Below, piece by piece: positions 1 to 11,948 of a DNA stretch of 64,000 nt. The notes beneath the pieces were generated by a model that worked only from the letters and a program-made list of their open reading frames with translations, had not been told where the DNA came from and searched no databases. The translations under genes were made by a program, and so were the position numbers. Position 1 is the stretch's first letter, and each line of letters begins with the position of its first letter. The DNA comes from Diadema antillarum (lineage: Eukaryota), in NCBI RefSeq assembly GCF_040938485.1, contig NW_027271164.1:310001-374000 (forward strand), in the 5' to 3' direction.

Positions 1-3000
1 GCGCATGCTCAACAAAAATCATTGCAAGACATCTTGGGATATATAAGCTTGGGATATATAAGGGATATATATTTTTATATCCTGCATCTGACTCGTTGTT
101 AAACGTTATTATAATATTTGTAATAACCATAAAGTGTATCTATTTTTGTTCCCTTTTTTTTTGGATCGAGACATATACAGATATTGTCTTTTTTCTGTTT
201 TCCTTTTCGGCGTTGCTTGCTGTAAAGAACTATGCAGGCTCTCAATTCTATATGATCTTGCAAATCGAACACGAAACTTAAATAATACTGATGAACAATC
301 AGAAATGATATCTCTAAACATTAAATTTGCTGTATATTTTAGGAGGCGTGCAAATTAATGTATCTAATTAATCTACGTGTAGAAGCGATGAAATTAGATG
401 AGAACGTTTATTAACGAATATTGTTGGATTAACCTTTTCAACTTCACACATGTCAAAATACTTGGAATCCAGTTTCATTCACACTAGTTGTTGCTAGTTT
501 GGGCAAGGCTCTGACAAGCTTTCTTGATTGTCGGGAAACAGACATAGGAAGGAAGATTATGACCGTGGAGCTATATACCTGTATAGCTCCACGGTTTGAC
601 CAAAACACGTCTATATTATAGCGTGCAGTATACTACGTCACATCATTGTGCAACAGAGCCACGCATTCTCCCAGTGATTGGTATTACAGGCAAGCCCATG
701 CACTACGCTCTCACTGACAAAATACGGCCAAGAATATTGTTGAGTATATGAATTACGTTACTTCAATTTCAAAGCAAATTACAGATTGTTTACTTAGTTT
801 TGTCGAGTGAAAATGCAGTGAATTTGTACTGCACGAGTGAAGAGAGTGAAGTGTTTTAAAATGATGTGTTGTTTTCGTTTTGTTTGTTTGGATGGGTAGC
901 TTTTTTTTTTTAATTCAGATTTATTTCTCGACACAACCGAAACTAGACTTATTAGACATATTTAAAAAGTATTAAGGATGGAAGCGTCTGGCCAGCTCCG
1001 CGACCGTGAACCTTTCCTCAGGCAGCTCTTCTTTGCCTTCTCTCCGCGGCCTTACCGTATATGGGCATGAGAGAATCAGCGGTAAAAGTATTTTAAATGT
1101 CACCGTTTAAAATCATAAATATTCATAGCCCTCATCACTCCTCTCTCTCTCTCCCCCTCTCTCTCCGGAGGGCGGGATTTGAATTACGGTGGCGAGAATG
1201 GTTATTGCTGTTTTCTTTATTACCTGCATGTTGTTAAAAGGCTTCGTATCTTTTGTGGGTTAATGCCCATTATGCTTTCGACGTAGCTGTCTTTTTTTTT
1301 TCTTTTCGATGTCAAGTTATTAGAAACACCGGTGACATCACAATACAGAAAAGTTTAAATTATCATGAATAGTTAGCTTCGATAACCTATGAATGTATCT
1401 AAACCACGGGTACAAGGTCTTGAATATAGTCTTGTTTCATGTCCTCGTATAGATTTTTTGTTCTCTGATTCTCATATACATGTAACTAAAGTTGTAGCTT
1501 TTCACAGCACACCTGTTTGCTGATCAGACACAACCCCTATCTCTTGTTCCTCGTAATTTACTAGCCCTTGATTGTTCAAGCACCAACCTATTAACGGTTT
1601 GAATAACTCAGTCACCAAGATGATCGTCTGTACACTAGACTAATAAAAATCTAGTTTTGCCAGGAAATTTCGGATAAAAGATCAGTGACTTCGCACTTTG
1701 CAGAAAGGTGACTGGTGTAAATTACATGAAGCTACAAGTAAACAAACACGTCTCCAATCTGATCCATAATGTTACACAATGGCCCATATAGGACTCTTGA
1801 GCGTTATACGTTGGCGTGTGTTCCGCTCGCGTCTAAATTCAGTGCGGTATTCCGTCGATAGTTGGTTTTGAAAGTCAGTGTCATTGCAGTGAGAAACATA
1901 GACGCAAGGGACTTAATATTTTAATAATAATCGCTGTTTTTAGCTTGGTTTTATCAAATGTTCAAAATGTGAAGTTCATCAAAGTCATCGTAGAAGCAAA
2001 ATCACAGCTAAAATCAAGCCCGTCCTCAGCTGCAATGAGGTAAATGACCCGGCTTGTTTTGATTGAGTTAATACTCATCCAAAACAAGCCTGGCGTGCTA
2101 ATGACCCCAAAGTCAAGGAGCCGAGACAATTTCGTTAATGATTAACCGCTACGTGCCGACATGATTGTAAAGGGTAACCATATTGACAGCCTTCTTTTAA
2201 ATTGGCGACTTTTGTGTTGTCTGTACGACACCAAACTCTCTCTCTCTCTCTCTTTCTAGAGCAGACCTGGAAAAAAATTAGTCGAACGACTTGACGGTAT
2301 CTGATTCCGTCCCTGATATTAAATTGAATTGTATATAGCAATTTAATGTTATGCATGAGATTAACTGTAACGCTACATTCAATTCCAAACGCATTCATGA
2401 TGCGATGAAGACATCAGGACGCAATGAAGGCATCAGTGCCGTCGATGGCGAGCGTGCTGCCTGCGGTCCCTTTCTTCAATATCATACGTCAAAGGGTCAT
2501 CATCTCGTAATTGGATATTAAGGTACAAGAAATAAGTAACAAAATAATAGAGATAGGTCCTATCACAACCTGTACTTAGTATTAAGACGGGTGCACTAAT
2601 CTCCGATGTCAAACGTCGTCTGTCCTTGTACTATTGTTATCACGATGTACGAAATAACTAGGCTGCAAAGTCAAGTTTGTTTACGGTAATACCACCTTAT
2701 AGTGTTAATACAGGAGATGATTGTGTTGCCAAATTGTGGATTCAACTGACTCTTTGTCTGATTTTTTTTTTTTTTAAACTCGGTCAAGACTGTAGGCACT
2801 GGTGATGAGATTTACATTCTTACCTCAATACATCACCTGTTTGCATTAGCTTTGCGAAACATTCTGTCTTGAGATACATTCGCAATATAGGTTAAATATA
2901 TGAATCACGGAGGTCGAGAAAAAAAAAAACAGAACATGTGTACAGAACTCGAATGGAGTACAATATTTTCCAGGTATCTTCTCAGTTAGTGTAATATCGG

Positions 3001-4607
3001 AGCAGGCAGAATTAGCTAAGAAATTAATGCTTTGAGTTGAGTTACCTGGTTGCAGTGCTGACTGTTCGAGTTCCGTGAAAATACCATATTACAAAATGTG
3101 AGAATCAATTACACTGACATGCAAAATATTCCTCTGATATAAAATGTACTTCATTGAAATCAAGTCCGTTTCCTAATAAGATTATCGAATTCATACAGGC
3201 ACAAGCCATTACTGACGGTGATTTACAAGGCAAGTTTCTCGCATGGTCATTCCCCAGCGAAATATCAGTTCAGATGATTTCCTTGTCTCGAATTCGACAA
3301 GAAACGACAAGTGAATGACTTTATTTTCAGACCTGGTGATCTAATTTTGATGAACAAACAGTAATTCTCTTTCATAGACTCCTTCTGAGAAATCATTACC
3401 ACAGCATAGATAGCTGTCATTAATCATGTTTATAGAAACAGGAACCAATAATAACATTCTTCTTCCACGCATACTGGACAATAAAAAGGTTAGTGAATTT
3501 ATTATCCTAAATCAAGTATGTCCTAATTGTATAGAAGGATTGGCCAACAAGTTATGAAAGACACGAGGAAGATGAAGAAGGAAGCAGAAATCTCTCTCAT
3601 AATTTCAGCTCTTCGTTTTAACGCAATTGTTTTACAGTTTTCAGCCACTTGTACTGAAACTCAGTTCTTACCCAGCTTAATTCACAGATTCCGTTTAATA
3701 GAATGTGTATTTATGTACCAAGTTATGTTGAAGGGCAAAAGTACTCTTTTGTGTCGGGAAGTCTGAATATAGTCACGCTGCTTCCTCCCAGACCAATGCC
3801 GTTGGTTGGGCTACAGGACAGGAAACCGAGAAGGAACCGCAAGAAGGGGCTACTTACAAGTAAAAAATGAATATGAATGGACGGAGGGGATTGAATATTA
3901 CCCAAGCAGGATACGAGTCCATCTGCCGGACGCGGAAACAGTAAAAGGAAGTCACTTTTAAAAACAAAATTGTAATGCGTTGTTAAGGTCGAACGGGAGT
4001 ACAAGAAAACATGATACAACTGTATTTTGATTTTCCCCTTTTTTTCCCATTAAACGGTGAGATCAGTTTTTTAGAATAATTTCGGTTTAGATGAGAAGAT
4101 GATATCATCCTCTCATAAATTATTTGAGGAGAAAAGAAAAGATTATCATGAAATCATCCTCGTCACTAGTTTATACCAACTAATTAAGTTATTATAGAAA
4201 TAAGTTCTTACATACGCTTAGAATAACTTGAAGTGAAATATGTAATTTCCTCTTTGTGATTAAATTTCATTTAATTCAATCTATTTGATAAAGAGTTTTG
4301 TGCAGATCAGTGAGTGAGTTGTGGCATCACAACTTGTTTGGTTTGACTCTGTGTATAATTGTTTAATGAAACGCGTGAAATGTTGAATTTCAGTGTTTCT
4401 GTGTTTTCTGATATAGCGTCTACTTTTCGGCGCAGTTGGTTTTCATCTCATCATCCGAGACAACATGAACAGGAAGTGCAGTATATAACTTTAAAATCCC
4501 ATCGGTGGCCATACTTAACTTGAAACGTGGAGGTGAGACGAAGAATTCGGGGTTTTTTTCACAATGACTGCCAATCTTTTATAAATTTTGTGATTTAATG
4601 TAATTAT

Positions 4608-4714
4608 TAATAACAATACTACTACTACTACTACTGATAATAATAATAATAATAATAACAATAATAATAATAATGATAATGATAATAATAATAATAACAA
4701 TAATAATGATAATA
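4608..4714. repeat. (TAA)n/(TAC)n microsatellite, likely the tail of a minus-strand SINE remnant
   Basis: Direct reading. The adjacent 4715-4770 reverse-complements to GCGCTTAGAAAC..TAAGCGCCTAATAAAT, a SINE-type 3' end. Confidence 0.85.
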
Positions 4715-4874
4715 CAATACATTTATTAGGCGCTTAATACGGATGTTTCTAAGCGCACATTGTGAAGCAATAAAACATTTGATTGAAAAGAAAAGAAAAG
4801 ATTGGACACTAAGCCAGAGATGAGATAGAGAGAGAAAGAAGGAGAAGGGGGGGGGGGGAGGAGAGAGAGAGGGT

Positions 4875-4946
4875 GGGGCGGGAGTCAGGGGGAGGAGATT
4901 CGCCGTGGAGGCCCCGCCCATCACTGCGCTCTCCTCGCACTCAGTT
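4875..4946 (+). promoter_or_regulatory. Promoter-like cluster: two GC boxes and an Inr-like TCAGTT
   Basis: GGGGCGGG at 4875-4882, GCCCCGCCC at 4911-4919 and TCAGTT at 4941-4946, in a locally GC-rich island. Which gene it serves is not established. Confidence 0.35.
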
Positions 4947-5399
4947 ACAAGCACAGTCCCGAGGGAAAATATGAGGAGAAGGAGTCTAGATGTTTGTTTC
5001 CTGTGCCGCCTCTCCCGTCATCCCTCGCAGGGTACGACATGAGGTCGTCAAGGGCGACCAAACAAACAAATAACATGATTCAGTCCTCGAAATTTTCTAA
5101 AATATCCAATATGCTTGTTCATAATCCTCATACTTCGCAAACACTGGGAAAACAGTTCATGGCAATGTAATATGTCACTCTACTAAGATAATTAAGTTGG
5201 AAATGGCGAGAGATGTCGAGATGTTGGCTGGAACTTTTCCAAAATCAACCGGAAATTACGCAAAATACAACCCATTGGATCGACCTTCTAGAATTCCAAC
5301 CTTGTTGTATTACTGGAGAAAACACATGAATGATGGTTCGAGGTCTTTACCGTCACTGTCACTTGTTCTAGTCATTTTTTTACCAGCCCAGCTATAACT

Positions 5400-5541
5400 G
5401 CCACTAGCCCGACTACCACCACTGCTACTCGTACTCACACTATAATGTGTATACTACTTCTACTACTCCAGTACTTCTTCTACAACCACTACTTTACTCT
5501 TGCTACTACTCTTTCGGCTTCTTCTATACTTGCACTACTTA

Positions 5542-5603
<62 letters not shown>

Positions 5604-5780
5604 TATACTACTACTACTACTACTATTACTTCCACTACCACTTCTATTACTACTGCTGCTGTTACAACAACTACTATTACAACTACTTTACTGTTTGTAG
5701 GCCTACCACTACTTTTACTTACAACTACGACTTCAACCACTATTCATACCGCTTCTGTTAGTCACACTGGTGTAGATGCT
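5400..5780. repeat. (TAC)n microsatellite (pure at about 5542-5602) within degenerate CTA-rich low-complexity DNA
   Basis: Direct reading. It is the source of the poly-T/L/Y/S pseudo-ORFs. Confidence 0.95.
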
Positions 5781-6258
5781 TCTACTATTTCGCCCCTTTA
5801 ATTTAGGACGTACCTTAAATCATCAGAGCAACCTTTTGTGATGTCGCTACTCTTTCCGTTGCTATTGGATTTATGTGCGAAGTATATTACCACCATTACT
5901 GTCGTAATAATCATTACGATGTATTTGATGTATCCCAACAACAACAACAACTATACAACAATGAAGGTAAAAACTACTCTTGGTACTGCTACCTTGTTGC
6001 TCTCCTCTAAGGACCTATTCCTCCTCCTGCCTGCTTCCGGCAAAGTGTAAAGAGATATTTAGGTTGGAAGAGTGAAGATAGATAGGACAAGCAGGGAGAT
6101 AACCAGAACAGTGGAAAAAGGATGAAAAAAAAGAGACAGATAGGATGGTGAGATAAGATATCATGTCTATGAATTGACGAAAAATCTTTCGGAAACACAA
6201 ACCCAATTCCTTTCAACCTAAAATTGCTACAGTTATCAACAGACAGAAAAAGAATAAG

Positions 6259-6950
6259 ATGGATACGCTGTGTTGGAGAGCACCGTCCTGGTTTAGCCGT
6301 TATTTGGTTACAGAGGAATATCGAGAAGAACGAAAGCAAAAGGTCAGACCCTGGTCTATGGCATTCGATGACAGCAAGGCGGCATACGACTCGGGACTGT
6401 CATCCCGACTTCGAATCCTGCCGAGTACCTACACACTTGGAGAGACAGTGTCACACAGGATCTTTCTAGACCCAAGAGTAAAAAATGGGATGGGTGCCGA
6501 GACATTTGGCGATGCTTGGGCAATAGTAATAGGTCTTCTTGTGGAGCAGGAGAGCGAGACTGAAGAGGATATCCCTGGTAAATTATGCTCACGATATCAT
6601 TCTAATCAAAACAGACAAGAATTCTGACTAAAAGACTGCCTCGTCCCTGTCACTGAGGATGAATGTTTTGATAAATCGATTCGCCAATCCCATCCCAAAC
6701 CGCCGCCTCTCGGTGCTCTTCAAACCGCTGGATGTTGCCAAACTCACGGCAGTCGGATGAGCCTTGATACACAGCGCGTGTGATAGGGTCATACGAGAAT
6801 GAGGTGATTTGTGTTTTGGCGGAAGTGTGAGGCAAGATCAATTTACAACCGACTTCCGGATTCTCCTCCTACGCGGACAGACGGGTTGCCGAGCAGCAGG
6901 GAGGAGACAGAAACTCAACGTGTACATCTACATGATGGTGGCGCAGTGTG
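6259..6950 (+). mobile_element. Probable degenerate hAT-family transposase fragment
   Basis: IFLDPRVK motif in ORF 6259-6627. About 115 codons downstream, in a shifted frame, VFWRKCEAR resembles the start of the hAT dimerisation domain. Contains stops and frameshifts; recognised by eye only. Confidence 0.4.
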
Positions 6951-7288
6951 AACCACTCTGAACACAAGCTGAAAAAGAAATTTTGCCTGAATTATTTATT
7001 TATACATGATCTAAGGAATAAATGAAAACAAAATCATGGGGGAGGAGATTAAGGCTGATAGTTGACAATAAAATTGGTACACGTGACATTCCAAAATCTA
7101 TCATCAGCATAACGAATGCTTTCGTTAAGAATATACCCCCATAATCAGATGCCATTCTAGCCATTGGTAAGGTTTAGGCCTACATCAGTATAATCTGGCA
7201 CGTGTCCAAAAATAACAATAACACTACTACTACTTTAAATGCTGCTGCTGATGATGATGATGTTGATATTGATGATATCAATAATGGT

Positions 7289-7432
7289 NNNNNNNNNNNN
7301 NNNNNNNNNNNNNNNNNNNNNNNNNNNNNNNNNNNNNNNNNNNNNNNNNNNNNNNNNNNNNNNNNNNNNNNNNNNNNNNNNNNNNNNNNNNNNNNNNNNN
7401 NNNNNNNNNNNNNNNNNNNNNNNNNNNNNNNN
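7289..7432. other. Assembly gap (N run)
   Basis: Ns. Confidence 1.
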
Positions 7433-10400
7433 CATACGAGACAAAATGATAAGAATAACGGTCATATTAGTGATCCATTGTAACAAAAACAAATTGCAAA
7501 GCGTCTTTAGGTCGATGCTATTGATAGGTATCCATCTCTATACTCGTAAGTCAAGAGGAACATCACAGATAAACACAACACTTCCCTCAAAGGATATTGG
7601 CACCATGCAGCAATCCACTATCATAATTTATAACAGTATTCTCACTAAAATTGGACTAACATTCAGGATTCGTTACACACAAAAATTAATGTCGAGATGT
7701 ATGAACATTGATTGTTTTCTAAACTCTACGCTTAAGTTATTTAAAATAAGAAAAATGAATGCATGTATTGACATTTATTGCTTATTCAAGTCGTCCCTGA
7801 AGTAACTTGAAATCAATTTTTGAATTAATGCATGCAATTGATTTTCAGCATTTAGCACGGGGGAAAATCTGTGTAGCTGTAATGGAGCATACTATAGAAC
7901 CTGCCAGGTATGCCGGGGAAGTTGTGTTGTCAGTACAGCGTATTTGAAATAATGGAGCTTCAATCCTTTAACATATATGTTTCAATTTTGTTAATCCTAC
8001 GTGCCGTCGGAGCCATTAAGGTCCGGAATGTTATGCTGATTTATACCGAGACCTCGACAAAAAACTCTGTGGAGGTAGTATAGCCGCGTTTGGAGGCTAT
8101 AGAGATGAGACGTGCTTTTATTTCAATAGATGGTGATGCAATTTAGAGACATTTAGATCCATCCTACTCGAATGCATGGATGTGTAACGGCACGATATAC
8201 GGCGCAGAGCGGCAATATTGTGTTGTACGTCGAAAATGCGCATGTATTCAGTCTGAACTGAACATGCTAAATCACAGCACACACATAGTTCAGTCTTCAT
8301 TAGTGACGCCACGTTACACTCGTCTGCCACCGCTTGTCTGGGGGAGTGTTGAAGGGTTGCCCTTTGCCAATATTACTGGTACTTTTTAGCTACTCTTCGA
8401 GGTGGCCACGCTTTGAATTCAAGGCTGTTTTTCATGCTTATGGAGATATTCTTATCATCAATATTTATCGTTGATATTATGATAAGAGAAAACAGTAGGT
8501 CTACAACTATGATTATGCACATACATTCATATTTACATAAAACATGTACGCACATACACACTGCATTAATATTTTGAATAGAGTTTGACATTCTAAGCAA
8601 ATTCGATATCATGGAGTTTCATGGTTTATCATAGCAGGCAGCATGTAATTTCTATACACTTAATTAGCACGACAGTAAGATTCGTATTATCGTTAGTTCC
8701 TCCACTGTCACGTGCTTAACTCAGACACTGTTCGTCATACATTCAAATTTTTATCTAGCGACTTACTTCCTTATAGTGTTATTAGTTGTATTGTCCATGA
8801 GGAGACTGCAAAATACAAGCTTGGCTTTTCAGCACGTCTCCACCATTTCCTGCAACTTTAATATTAATTCGATATCATCAGAAAGTGATACGTAGTACTG
8901 TTGATTTCAGAGTATTTTTCTTCATTACTAGTACTACATTATATTGATATTGTGTTATTATGTGTGTGTGTGTGTATGTATGTAAATGTTTTGCATTGTT
9001 GGAAATGAAATGAAATTAAATGAAATGAATAAAAAAGCTATATAAACAACAAACAAACGAAAAAACAAACAAACCTGATATGCTTATAGTACGGTCCTGT
9101 ACGTAGCTGTGGTAAATCTGTAAATGTGTGAAACTGAAGTTATCAAAACCAATGATGGGGTTGAATAATTTGTCCTAACAATTCGTTGAAATTTGGAAAC
9201 AAAAGTGCTTAAAAATTTAAGATCTTCAAGTGACTTTCACTCAGTTTTCTCACAGAAAATAGTATCACAATCTCGAAAACAGTTACCAACACTTCAGTAT
9301 ATTATGATATTTGTTTAAAGGTATCATGATAGTGACAACATTATCATAAAAAAGTCTTCCGTGTGTTTGATTTTTTTTTATCTGTTCGAAGTTTTAGCTC
9401 TATCATACATCAGTCAGTCAGCAAACTTCGCAAAGATTGAGTCACCCCAAAGCTAAATAGTATTTCATAATAATGTCTCCCGCCATCTCCCTCGTAATGC
9501 TCAATCCCCTTTAAACTCATCTTTGGCAAATTTGTTCGGTCCTCCAAGCTAATCAATACTCTCATCCCAATATGCTTTAATTTCCTGTGGAACGAAGCTA
9601 AAGCATGTAAAGAGAGAGAGAGAGAGAAACGGTGGTAAGAAGACAAAATTGTCCGCAATTGTCTCCTGATTCATTGAGCCAATTCACATAATTATTCTTT
9701 TAGCTGATGTTCAGCTGTGTTTTGTCGCCTATGTGGATGATGATAATGATAACTCTAAGTCAACTTTAATCAATATCAGATTTTACAAGTTTCAAACATT
9801 AGTCACGCTTGAGGATGCATTTCAGAGCGCCACTTTTTTTTTTTCCATGAATTCTAATATTTTTTTTTGGTCAACCTTGCTAAGTGTGCATTGCTATTTT
9901 GGTTTTTGGTTTTTCTTTGATGAAATTGTATGTATATTTTGATATACCTCATGAGTAAGGGTTTTTTTTTAATGATAAAATAATAATTGTGTAATGTATA
10001 CTTTGTATTTTGTTTCGGTGTTTGTGGATGAATGGAAATAAATATCAGTTGAGTTGAATTGAACTGAATTTCTTTGCAAATCTTTGTTCAAGATGAGGAC
10101 GTGTGACATGAAATGTATTCCCGTATTGGGAGCCGACTCAAACGACACTTTCATTCCAGTAAGTGTTTTGCTGTGGAAAGTTTGTCGTCTAAAAACAAAG
10201 AAGCGGAAGTTGAAGCTCATTTCTTCAAACTCTTCTGTCACAAGAATGCCACCGGGAAACGCACTCGAGACAAGAAAAAAAAAGAAAAGAGAAGAAAAAG
10301 AAAACCAAGCACACAAACAAACAAGCAAGAACAAAGGAAACACTCTGATCTCGTGATGATAGGTACAACCAGTGGGTTTATTCTTAACCAGCTGAAATAC

Positions 10401-10874
10401 AATCTTGACCTTGAGAGAAAGCTTAGATCAGGCTTCCATTGCAGTAATAGGCACGATCATTATGATTATGATAATAAATCCAAACTATCCGTGATATCCT
10501 TCCGCTTGAAATTCTAACGCATCTCCTTTTTTTCTTCTGCTTCATGTGGACAATATAAACATTACTGATATTGCTCAGATAACCGACAATTATCATAATG
10601 TGTGGATGTTATATGGAGGAATGAAAATTACGACAGGGAGTAGAGAAACTGAGATCGAAAGTGAAGATAAACGCAACGCACTTTCTTCAGCAACGTTATT
10701 CTTATAACCATGCAGCAACATACTGATGGTCGGAAAGAGATATTGAAAACGTTGATTGGCAAAATTAAGAAAAGTGCCAGTTTGCGCTTGAATTAATTAC
10801 ATATACGACAATAATTAAGAAATCAACATTCCGGATCAACTTTCTGCGAACAATACACTTTGATACGAATTATA

Positions 10875-10876
<2 letters not shown>

Positions 10877-10950
<74 letters not shown>
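10877..10950. repeat. (TA)n microsatellite
   Basis: Direct reading. Confidence 0.95.
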
Positions 10951-10954
<4 letters not shown>

Positions 10955-11948
10955 CATAAATAAGATTCAGATTTATAGCTCTGTTTGTATTTAATGTGCG
11001 ACAAAAATCCAAGACATGATGGTTGATACATCGAGGATCAACCGCACTTGTAATCTTGCATCGCTCATTCACAAACTAACTCGGGCAAAATAGCTGTGAA
11101 CTTGCTTACAAGAAGGAGATATGGTATTAATGTCACATAAAAACTACAAAGAAATGTCGGCAATTCTGAAGTATATTATGTATCTTAATGCATGTTGCGA
11201 AATGACAGCCCAGGTGTATTTTTCTTCTCCCACCATACTCTCTGAAGAGCTTTCAATACACTTTCGTTTTCGTTTTCAACTTCTCCACCAGGTAACTGTG
11301 TTCCACTGTTTATTATTAAACAATAAAAAGGAACTGACTGAATTTTCCATGTCATCCTATTCAGCCATCGAGTGTCAACTGCAACATCCGCTTCTCTAAA
11401 AACAATATCCGCAAAGTCTTACTTGAAAAGCGTTGATTGTTTCTCCGCTATACAGTAAAAATGATAGTTTGCGTCCTCCCGTGCGTAAGAAGATCCTCTA
11501 TCATATTAAGTAAGCAAACCACATACAAAGCTGTAAGGAAATCATGTAAAACATACCACTTTCTTGGCATGGCATTGCCTCACTTGTCTTCCCCTTTCTC
11601 TTTGATAAACCGATTACCATATTTCAATTGCTGATGATAATTTTCACGTGTAATATCACGTGATTGTTTGGTTTTTCCCGTTCACATTTTTTTTTGTTCT
11701 TGGCATAAAGTTGTCTCCTATCTGTTTACGTATAGCTTTATCACAATATTGGAGTATAAAGTGAACACGAATGTGAAAGCGGATAAAAGCATACGCAGCT
11801 GTGCGATCATGATGATGTTACAAGCATTTCTTTTGAATTTATTGAGACAATAAACTGTCATTTTGCGGCATCGATTTATATGATCCTCTCCCTGAATACC
11901 CCCCCCCCGTCTCCTTACATCAAACTATTCAATAAACATATTTAAGTA

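Noticed and set aside
1198-1263. MVIAVFFITCMLLKGFVSFVG as the gene 1 signal exon
   Set aside because: Hydrophobic and in good Kozak context, but it has only weak phase-0 donors (gtatct, gtgggt) and no basic n-region. It cannot be preferred without transcripts.
5197-5397. ORF with LLYYWRK...LPSLS, resembling a hAT dimerisation domain
   Set aside because: Too short and weak, and it lies upstream of the LDPR segment, which is the wrong order.
4515-5801. Poly-Leu/Thr/Tyr/Ser ORFs resembling signal peptides or mucins
   Set aside because: They are translations of (TAA)n and (TAC)n microsatellites.
7202-7805. ORFs spanning N runs (also 29338-29766 and 58986-59312)
   Set aside because: They are open only because Ns hide stop codons.
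11200-11297. ...FQLLHQ|gtaact mimics the end of gene 2 exon 1 (SLLHQ|gt)
   Set aside because: The upstream frame (MTAQVYFSSPTILSEELSIHFRFRF) is not a signal peptide, and the pyrimidine tract ending in CAG explains the match.
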